Assembly: GCA_963822445.1 (NCBI GenBank)
Contig: CAWGHO010000002.1
Location: forward strand, 1,984,001 to 2,048,000
Direction: 5' to 3'
DNA: 64,000 nt
Source of the DNA: an uncultured Acidobacteriota bacterium
Lineage (GTDB): Bacteria > Acidobacteriota > Thermoanaerobaculia > Gp7-AA8
A model generated the notes under the pieces. That model was given only the letters and a program-made list of their open reading frames with translations. It searched no databases and was not told where the DNA came from. Every line of letters begins with the position of its first letter. Positions within the stretch are counted from its first letter, which is position 1. Shown piece by piece: positions 57,259-64,000 of this stretch. The position numbers and the translations under genes are program-made.

Positions 57259-57801
57259 ATGTCTCGTATCGGAAAGAAAGAGCTTCCCCTGCCGAAAGGC
57301 GTCGAGGTTCGTCAGGAAGGCAACAACGTCTTCGTGAAGGGGCCCAAGGGCACCCTGACCACGCCCATCGTCACCGGCATCTCCATGAAGGTGGACAACA
57401 ACGTGGTCAAGTTCGAGCGGCAGGACGACGAGGGGAAATCCCGCGCCTTCCACGGCCTCATGCGCGCGCTCGTGGCCAACAACGTCAAGGGTGTGAGCGA
57501 AGGCTTCAAGCGCGAGCTCGACATCGTCGGCGTCGGCTACCGCGCCGAGGTGAAGGGCAAGGAAGTGGTCTTCCAGCTCGGCTATTCACACCCGGTCCGG
57601 TTCCCGGTTCCGGAAGGCATCGACATCACCGTCGACGCCAAGACCGGCCACATCACCATCACCGGCATCGACAAACAGAAGGTCGGCCAGACGGCCGCCG
57701 AGATCCGCTCGCTGCGCCAGCCCGATCCCTACAAGGGCAAGGGCATCAAGTACAGCGACGAGATCATTCGCCGCAAGGCCGGCAAGGCCGCGGGCAAGTA
57801 A
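57259..57801 (+). CDS. rplF: 50S ribosomal protein L6
   Basis: MSRIGK, GVGYRA, PDPYKGKG. Confidence 0.99.
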   Translation: MSRIGKKELPLPKGVEVRQEGNNVFVKGPKGTLTTPIVTGISMKVDNNVVKFERQDDEGKSRAFHGLMRALVANNVKGVSEGFKRELDIVGVGYRAEVKGKEVVFQLGYSHPVRFPVPEGIDITVDAKTGHITITGIDKQKVGQTAAEIRSLRQPDPYKGKGIKYSDEIIRRKAGKAAGK

Positions 57802-57858
57802 CGCGTAAGGCGACGACTAGTTCGCTGGCCATCAAACGTCAGCGAAGAGGAAAAGCAA

Positions 57859-58221
57859 ATGGCAGATCGTGCAAAAGAACGGGTAGCAGCAAGAGGCCGG
57901 GTCCGCGAGCGGATTCGCGGCAAGGTTCGCGGTACGCAGGAGCGGCCGCGTCTGGCGGTCTTCCGCAGCCTCAAGGGCATTTACGCGCAGGTGATCGATG
58001 ATGCCTCGGGCAACACGATCGTCTCGGCGTCGAGCCTGGAGAAGGACAGCGGAGCGAAAGGCTCGAATGCCGCGGCCGCGAAGGCCGTCGGCGAGCTGAT
58101 CGCCAAGAAGGCGAAGAGCAAGGGCGTGACGCGCGTGGTCTTCGACCGCGGCGGCTACCTCTATCACGGCAACATCAAGGCGCTCGCGGATGCGGCGCGT
58201 GCGAACGGTTTGGAATTCTAG
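57859..58221 (+). CDS. rplR: 50S ribosomal protein L18
   Basis: [20 protein letters not shown]. Confidence 0.98.
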   Translation: MADRAKERVAARGRVRERIRGKVRGTQERPRLAVFRSLKGIYAQVIDDASGNTIVSASSLEKDSGAKGSNAAAAKAVGELIAKKAKSKGVTRVVFDRGGYLYHGNIKALADAARANGLEF

Positions 58222-58229
58222 GAGATCAC

Positions 58230-58802
58230 ATGCAGCGTCCAATGCAGCGTCCCGGTCAGGGCGGCGGTCCTCGCGGGGATCGTCGTCAGGAAGAGCGTTC
58301 CGAGAGCGGGATGATCGACAAGGTCGTCCACATCAACCGCGTCACCAAGGTCGTCAAGGGCGGCAAGAACTTCAGCTTCTCCGCGCTGGTCGTCGTCGGT
58401 GACGGTAAGGGCAAGGTGGGCTTCGGTTCCGGCAAGGCCAAGGAAGTTCCGGCGGCCATCAAGAAGGGCATCGAGATCGCCAAGAAGAACATGATCTCGA
58501 TCGCGCTTTCGGGCACGACCATCCCTCACGCCATCGTCGGTCACTACGGCGCGGGCAAGGTCATGCTCAAGCCCGCATCGGAAGGTACCGGCGTCATCGC
58601 CGGCGGTCCGGTGCGCGCCATCCTCGAGTCGGCCGGCATCCAGAACATCCTCACCAAGTCCCTCGGCACCGCCAACCCGCACAACGTGGTCAAGGCGACG
58701 TTCGAGGCGCTCAAGGCGCTTCGCACCGAGGAGCAGTACAAGAACCTGCGCGGCGAGCGTGAAGTGGCCGCGGCGCCGGTGGTGGAAGGAGCCGAGGCAT
58801 GA
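58230..58802 (+). CDS. rpsE: 30S ribosomal protein S5
   Basis: [19 protein letters not shown]. Confidence 0.99.
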   Translation: MQRPMQRPGQGGGPRGDRRQEERSESGMIDKVVHINRVTKVVKGGKNFSFSALVVVGDGKGKVGFGSGKAKEVPAAIKKGIEIAKKNMISIALSGTTIPHAIVGHYGAGKVMLKPASEGTGVIAGGPVRAILESAGIQNILTKSLGTANPHNVVKATFEALKALRTEEQYKNLRGEREVAAAPVVEGAEA

Positions 58803-59017
58803 AGCTGAAGCTTTTCCGCAGCAGAGAAAAGAAGAGCGGCGGCAAGACCATCCGCATCCGGCAGATCCGGAGCGGCATCGGCTGCCCGGTCGAGATGCGG
58901 GAGACCCTCAAGGCTCTCGGTCTCGGCAAGATGCATCGCGTCGCCGAGCGCGCCGACACGAAGGAAGTGCGCGGCATGATCGCCAAGATCCCGCACCTCG
59001 TTGAAGTAGTCGACTAG
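58799..59017 (+). CDS. rpmD: 50S ribosomal protein L30
   Basis: RSGIG, TLKALGL, RGMI..IPHLV. Confidence 0.95.
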   Translation: MKLKLFRSREKKSGGKTIRIRQIRSGIGCPVEMRETLKALGLGKMHRVAERADTKEVRGMIAKIPHLVEVVD

Positions 59018-59028
59018 GAGTTACGACC

Positions 59029-59472
59029 ATGGAACTCAACAACCTCAAACCCAAAAAAGGCGCGCGCCACGCCAAGAAGCGTGTCGGCCGCGGTCCGGGC
59101 TCCGGCCACGGCAAGACCTCCTCGCGCGGTGAGAAGGGCCAGAAGTCGCGGTCCGGCTACAGCCGCCAGATGGGCTTCGAAGGCGGCCAGATGCCCCTTC
59201 ACCGCCGCCTGCCGAAGCGCGGCTTCACCAACATCTTCAAGAAGACCTACGCCGTCGTGAACCTGGCCGACCTGGAGCGCTTCGACAACGGCGCGACCGT
59301 CGACGAGGCAGCGCTGCGTCAGGCCGGCATCGTCAAGGGCCGCAATGACGGGATCAAGGTCCTCGGCAACGGCAAGCTCTCCAAGAAGCTCACCGTTTCC
59401 GCAACGAAGTTCTCCGAGACCGCCAAGCAGTCCATCGAGGCCGCCGGCGGGACCGTGCAGGAGATTCAGTAA
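59029..59472 (+). CDS. rplO: 50S ribosomal protein L15
   Basis: [27 protein letters not shown]. Confidence 0.99.
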   Translation: MELNNLKPKKGARHAKKRVGRGPGSGHGKTSSRGEKGQKSRSGYSRQMGFEGGQMPLHRRLPKRGFTNIFKKTYAVVNLADLERFDNGATVDEAALRQAGIVKGRNDGIKVLGNGKLSKKLTVSATKFSETAKQSIEAAGGTVQEIQ

Positions 59473-60885
59473 GTGCCTAACGTCGTCGACACAGTCCGCA
59501 ACATCTGGGCGATCGAGGATCTCCGCAAGCGCGTGATCTTCACCTTCGCGCTGCTCGCGGTCTATCGCCTCGGCTCGTTCATTCCGACGCCGGGTGTCGA
59601 TCCGGTGGCGCTGACGGAGTTCTTCAAGGCGATCAACACCGGTGTGTTCGGCTTCCTCGATCTCTTCTCCGGCGGCGCTCTGAGCCGCCTGTCGGTGTTC
59701 GCGCTCGGGATCATGCCGTACATCTCGGCGTCGATCATCCTGCAGCTCCTCACCGTGGTCTGGCCGTATCTCGAGAAGCTCTCCAAAGAGGGCGAGATGG
59801 GCCGCCGCAAGATCAATCAGTACACCCGCTACGGCACGATCGTGCTCGCCATCGTCCAGTCGCTCGGCGTCGCCTTCTGGCTTCGCACCCAGCAGGCTCC
59901 GGGCGGCGCGCCGCTCGTTCCGCCGCACGTGCAGGACGCTCTGTGGGGCCTCGGCTTCCCGATCCTGACCGTGCTCACGCTCACCACCGGCACCGCGTTC
60001 ATCATGTGGCTCGGTGAGCAGATCTCCGAGCGCGGCATCGGCAACGGCATCTCGCTGATCATCTTCGCCGGCATCGTGGTCGGTCTTCCGGCTGCCGTCG
60101 TCGGCACGGTCGACGACATCCGCACCGGCGAGCGCAACATCTTCGCGATGCTGTTCCTGGTGGTCTTCATGGTCGCCGTGACGGCCTTCGTCGTCTTCAT
60201 GGAGCGCGCGCAGCGGCGGATTCCGGTGCAGTACGCGAAGCGCGTCGTCGGCCGCAAGGTCTACGGCGGTGCCAACACGTACCTCCCGCTCCGGGTCAAC
60301 ACCGCCGGCGTCATCCCGGTCATCTTCGCGTCGTCGATCCTGGTCATTCCCCAGACGATCGCCACGATGATCAAGCAGCCCTGGGCCACGGCCATCGGCA
60401 ATCAGCTGCAGATGGGCGAGCCGCTCTACTACCTGCTGCAGGTGGTGGGCATCATCTTCTTCGCGTACTTCTACACGTCGATCGTCTTCAATCCGGTCGA
60501 CACGGCCGACAACATGCGCAAGTACGGCGGCTTCATCCCCGGCATCCGTCCGGGCAAGAGGACGTCGGATTACATCGACCGCGTGCTGACCCGCATCACC
60601 TTCGTCGGCTCGGTTTACCTGGCCCTGGTCTGCATCATTCCGGAGTTTCTGATCTCCGGCGTGCACGTGGCCCAGCTGCCGTTCGGCGTCGGCGCGACAC
60701 TCGACCGCTGGCTGCCGATCTGGTTCACCGAGGGTATGGGTCTGAACTTCTACTTCGGCGGCACGTCGCTGCTGATCGTGGTCGGCGTGGCCATGGACAC
60801 CATGAATCAGATCGAGTCGCAGCTGGTCATGCGCCACTACGACGGGTTCATGAAAAAAGGCCGCATCCGCGGACGTAGAGGCTAA
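59473..60885 (+). CDS. secY: Preprotein translocase SecY
   Basis: LGIMPYISASII, GIGNGISLIIF, PGIRPG, GGTSLLI. Confidence 0.99.
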   Translation: MPNVVDTVRNIWAIEDLRKRVIFTFALLAVYRLGSFIPTPGVDPVALTEFFKAINTGVFGFLDLFSGGALSRLSVFALGIMPYISASIILQLLTVVWPYLEKLSKEGEMGRRKINQYTRYGTIVLAIVQSLGVAFWLRTQQAPGGAPLVPPHVQDALWGLGFPILTVLTLTTGTAFIMWLGEQISERGIGNGISLIIFAGIVVGLPAAVVGTVDDIRTGERNIFAMLFLVVFMVAVTAFVVFMERAQRRIPVQYAKRVVGRKVYGGANTYLPLRVNTAGVIPVIFASSILVIPQTIATMIKQPWATAIGNQLQMGEPLYYLLQVVGIIFFAYFYTSIVFNPVDTADNMRKYGGFIPGIRPGKRTSDYIDRVLTRITFVGSVYLALVCIIPEFLISGVHVAQLPFGVGATLDRWLPIWFTEGMGLNFYFGGTSLLIVVGVAMDTMNQIESQLVMRHYDGFMKKGRIRGRRG

Positions 60886-60893
60886 AGAACAGC

Positions 60894-61544
60894 TTGAAGA
60901 TCATCTTCATCGGACCGCCGGGAAGCGGAAAGGGAACTCAGGCGAAGCGGCTCGCGGGCCGCTTCGAGATTCCGCATATCTCGACGGGCGACATGCTTCG
61001 CGAGGCGGTGGCCGCCGGTACGCCGGTGGGGCAGCAGGCCTCGTCGATCATGGCCGCGGGGCAGCTCGTTCCGGATGACCTGATGATCAGGATGATCGAC
61101 GAGCGTCTGGCCCGGCCGGACGCGTCGAAAGGCTTCATCCTGGACGGTTTCCCGAGGACGCTGGTTCAGGCCGAAAAGCTCGAAACCCTGGTCGGGAATG
61201 GGAAGGGGGACCTCCGGGTTCTCCAACTGCTCGTTCCCGACGACGCCATCGTCCGCCGCATTACTCTGCGACGGACGTGTGCGCAGTGCGGGGCGATTTA
61301 CCATTTGGAGAATCAACCCCCGGCGAACGACAGCGTGTGCGACCGCTGTGGCGCCGAAGTCATTGCACGGCCCGATGACACGGAAGAGGCCGTGCGCAAG
61401 CGTCTGGAGTCATTCCATCGTCAAACGATGCCGGTCGCTACGTTTTACAAGTCGAAAAGCATTCTCCGTGAGGTCGACGGGATTGGTCCCGTCGATGAGG
61501 TCTTTGAACGAATTGAACAGTCCCTTGCCAACGGAACGGTTTGA
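60894..61544 (+). CDS. adk: Adenylate kinase (Zn-binding LID)
   Basis: GPPGSGKGTQ, LDGFPR, CAQC...CDRC. Confidence 0.97.
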   Translation: MKIIFIGPPGSGKGTQAKRLAGRFEIPHISTGDMLREAVAAGTPVGQQASSIMAAGQLVPDDLMIRMIDERLARPDASKGFILDGFPRTLVQAEKLETLVGNGKGDLRVLQLLVPDDAIVRRITLRRTCAQCGAIYHLENQPPANDSVCDRCGAEVIARPDDTEEAVRKRLESFHRQTMPVATFYKSKSILREVDGIGPVDEVFERIEQSLANGTV

Positions 61545-61550
61545 ACGCCG

Positions 61551-62375
61551 ATGCTCGATCGCATGAAGGGACCGACACTCAAGAATCGCGAAGAGATCGC
61601 GATCATGGACCGGGCGAACCGGATCGTGGTCGAGATCCTCGAGATGATGCGCGACATGGTCAAGCCCGGCGCGACCACGGCGCAGCTCAACGCGATGGCC
61701 GAGGAAGAGCTGGCCCGGCGCGGCGCGAAATCGCCGTTCAAGGGTTACGCTCCGGGCGGCCTGCCGCCGTATCCCGCGGTGGTCTGCGCGTCGGTCAATG
61801 ACGTGATCGTCCATGGCATCCCCAGCCGGGCCAAGCTGCAGGAAGGCGACATCATCGGGCTCGACTTCGGATCGATCTTCGAGGGTTTCGTCGGCGACGC
61901 GGCCATCACGGTTCCGGTCGGCAACGTCAGCGCGAAAGCGAAGACGCTGATGGATACGACCCGGGAATGCCTGGAGCTGGCCATCGAGGAGATGCGTCCG
62001 GGCCGGCACATCGGGGACATCGGCGCGGCGGTTCAGGAACACGCCGAGTCGCGCGGATTCCACGTCATCCGGACCTTCGTCGGTCACGGCATCGGCCGCC
62101 GGATGCACGAGGAGCCTCAGGTCTACAACTTCGGCAAGCGCGGGCGCGGGCTGGAGCTGCGGGAGGGGATGGTTCTGGCCATCGAGCCGATGCTCTGTGA
62201 GATCGGGTCGAAGCTGCGGTCCAGACTGGACCGGGCCGGTTCGAACGGGATGTTGCAGGACACGCGAACCGATGCCGACGGTTGGACGGCGCGGACGGTC
62301 GATGGATCGCTCGCGGCGCACTTCGAGAATTCGATTGCAGTGACGGCCAACGGGCCGATGGTGTTAGGAAAATGA
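61551..62375 (+). CDS. map: Methionine aminopeptidase type I
   Basis: [34 protein letters not shown]. Confidence 0.96.
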   Translation: MLDRMKGPTLKNREEIAIMDRANRIVVEILEMMRDMVKPGATTAQLNAMAEEELARRGAKSPFKGYAPGGLPPYPAVVCASVNDVIVHGIPSRAKLQEGDIIGLDFGSIFEGFVGDAAITVPVGNVSAKAKTLMDTTRECLELAIEEMRPGRHIGDIGAAVQEHAESRGFHVIRTFVGHGIGRRMHEEPQVYNFGKRGRGLELREGMVLAIEPMLCEIGSKLRSRLDRAGSNGMLQDTRTDADGWTARTVDGSLAAHFENSIAVTANGPMVLGK

Positions 62376-62451
62376 GGAAAAAGAATGGTGTTGTTTGATT
62401 AGGGGAGCACGAGCTCCACAGCGCGCAGCACCGAGGCCTGCAAAGGAAAGT

Positions 62452-62670
62452 ATGTCGAAGGAAGAAGCGATCGAAGTGACGGGGACGGTCCTGGAGACCC
62501 TGCCCAACGCTATGTTTCAGGTCGAGCTGGAGAACAAGCACAAGGTGCTTGCACACATCTCCGGCAAGATGAGGAAGCACTTCATTCGCATCCTTCCGGG
62601 TGACAAAGTTCTGGTCGAGCTCTCGCCGTACGATCTGACGCGCGGGCGCATCACGTATCGCTACAAGTGA
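62452..62670 (+). CDS. infA: Translation initiation factor IF-1
   Basis: [25 protein letters not shown]. Confidence 0.99.
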   Translation: MSKEEAIEVTGTVLETLPNAMFQVELENKHKVLAHISGKMRKHFIRILPGDKVLVELSPYDLTRGRITYRYK

Positions 62671-62680
62671 GCCACAAATC

Positions 62681-62794
62681 ATGAAAGTACGTTCATCAGT
62701 CAAACGCATCTGCACGAAATGCAAGGTCGTCCGCCGTCAGGGCGTCATTCGGATCATCTGTGAGAATCCGAAGCACAAGCAGCGTCAGGGATAG
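62681..62794 (+). CDS. rpmJ: 50S ribosomal protein L36
   Basis: [37 protein letters not shown]; below the ORF-track cutoff. Confidence 0.98.
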   Translation: MKVRSSVKRICTKCKVVRRQGVIRIICENPKHKQRQG

Positions 62795-62797
62795 TTT

Positions 62798-62891
62798 TTA
62801 GTCGTTAGTCGTTAGTGATTAGTCGTTAGTAGTCGGAAACGGTGATGTCCTCGGTTTTACTAACGACTAACCACTAACGACTAATCACTAG
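62798..62891. repeat. Mirrored tandem heptamer hairpin (TTAGTCG x5 / CGACTAA x5)
   Basis: ttagtcg ttagtcg ttagtga ttagtcg ttagtag - 24 nt - ttactaa cgactaa ccactaa cgactaa tcactag. Confidence 0.92.
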
Positions 62892-62922
62892 TCGTCAGAC
62901 AGGCAACGGAGACAAGTAAGCA

Positions 62923-63306
62923 ATGGCACGTATCGCGGGTGTGGATCTTCCCCTCAACAAGCGGGTCGAAATCGGCCTGACCTATATCTTTGGCATCGGC
63001 CGCACGCGCTCGGGAAACATTCTCGAGCAGGCGGGCGTGGACCGGAACGTGCGCGTCAAGGACCTCACCGAGGACGACGTGCGCAAGATCCGCCAGATCA
63101 TCACCGACGAAGGTAAGGTCGAGGGTGATCTGCGCAAGGACGTCGGCCTCGACATCAAGCGGCTGATGGAGATCAACTGCTACCGCGGGATGCGTCATCG
63201 CCGCGGCCTGCCGGTGCGCGGCCAGCGGACGCACACCAATGCGCGCACGCGCAAAGGCCCGCGCAAGGGCGCGGTTGCCGGTAAGAAGAAAGCAACGAAG
63301 AAGTAA
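62923..63306 (+). CDS. rpsM: 30S ribosomal protein S13
   Basis: [29 protein letters not shown]. Confidence 0.99.
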   Translation: MARIAGVDLPLNKRVEIGLTYIFGIGRTRSGNILEQAGVDRNVRVKDLTEDDVRKIRQIITDEGKVEGDLRKDVGLDIKRLMEINCYRGMRHRRGLPVRGQRTHTNARTRKGPRKGAVAGKKKATKK

Positions 63307-63318
63307 GGGACGATACCA

Positions 63319-63732
63319 ATGGCAACTGCAAGAGCACCGAAAGCGGGCGCGCGTCGCGCCGGTACCAAGCGCAAGGAGCGGAAGAACGTTCCGCACGGCG
63401 TCGCGTCCATCGCGGCGACTTTCAACAACACCATCGTGGCCATCACCGATCCGACCGGAAACATCCTGTCGTGGTCGAGCGCCGGCCGCATCGGCTTCAA
63501 GGGGTCGCGTAAAGGCACTCCCTTCGCGGCGCAGGTCGCGGCCCAGAACGCCGCCCAGCTCGCGCAGGAGCACGGCATCCGCTCGGTCGACGTCAAGGTC
63601 AAGGGCCCCGGTGCCGGTCGCGAATCCGCGATCCGCGCGCTGGCCGCCTCCGGCCTCGACATCAAGTCGATCAAGGACGTCACCCCGATCCCGCACAACG
63701 GTTGCCGGCCGCCGAAGCGCCGCCGCGTCTGA
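63319..63732 (+). CDS. rpsK: 30S ribosomal protein S11
   Basis: [32 protein letters not shown]. Confidence 0.99.
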   Translation: MATARAPKAGARRAGTKRKERKNVPHGVASIAATFNNTIVAITDPTGNILSWSSAGRIGFKGSRKGTPFAAQVAAQNAAQLAQEHGIRSVDVKVKGPGAGRESAIRALAASGLDIKSIKDVTPIPHNGCRPPKRRRV

Positions 63733-63826
63733 CCCGCGGTTTCAGTAGTCATCAAGTTACGCCGTGCAGCAGCCGGCGTAGACGCAACGCGCCATGGTGG
63801 CGCGGGTGCGAACGACAGGAGGCATA

Positions 63827-64000
63827 GTGGCTCGTTACACCGATCCCGTCTGCCGGCTTTGCCGGCGCGAGGGCATGAAGCTGTTTCTCAAGGGCGACCG
63901 TTGTTTCAAGGACAAGTGCGCCATCGAGCGCCGCAACTACGCGCCCGGCCAGCATGGCCGCCGCCGTTCCAAGGTTCTGGGATACGGCATCCAGCTTCGC
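63827..64000 (+). CDS. rpsD: 30S ribosomal protein S4, 5' part
   Basis: [28 protein letters not shown]...YAPGQHG; runs off the window. Confidence 0.97.
   Translation, partial: MARYTDPVCRLCRREGMKLFLKGDRCFKDKCAIERRNYAPGQHGRRRSKVLGYGIQLR

Overview
A high-GC bacterial chromosome segment. The 16S/23S sequence and gene style look like Acidobacteriota, possibly Thermoanaerobaculia; this is an inference, not a database result. Order along the window: 3' end of a SWIB-domain gene, a VOC gene and an HTH gene; thrABC; menG divergent from a classical menaquinone operon menF-D(N)-D(C)-H-B-A-C-E; a complete rRNA operon (16S-tRNA-Ile-tRNA-Ala-23S-5S); a ~24.5 kb surface-glycan island; cupin and ornithine cyclodeaminase genes; then the str-S10-spc-alpha ribosomal protein superoperon up to a partial rpsD. 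The glycan island holds a transaldolase, SIS isomerase, GHMP kinase, HAD phosphatase, nucleotidyltransferase, two epimerases, an SDR, a Gfo/Idh/MocA oxidoreductase, a mutase-like flavoprotein, four GT2s, five GT-C-like membrane proteins, a flippase and three methyltransferases. About 16 single-base frameshifts, including in fusA, rplC and rpsS, point to consensus errors. Most interesting signals: (1) a lincosamide-like NDP-heptose/octose enzyme set coupled to a lipid-carrier/GT-C glycosylation system; (2) three intergenic mirrored tandem 7/8-mer hairpin elements with one architecture but unrelated units; (3) a ~106-bp REPIN-like family showing covariation; (4) widespread leaderless and overlapping bidirectional -10 promoters; (5) a split MenD.
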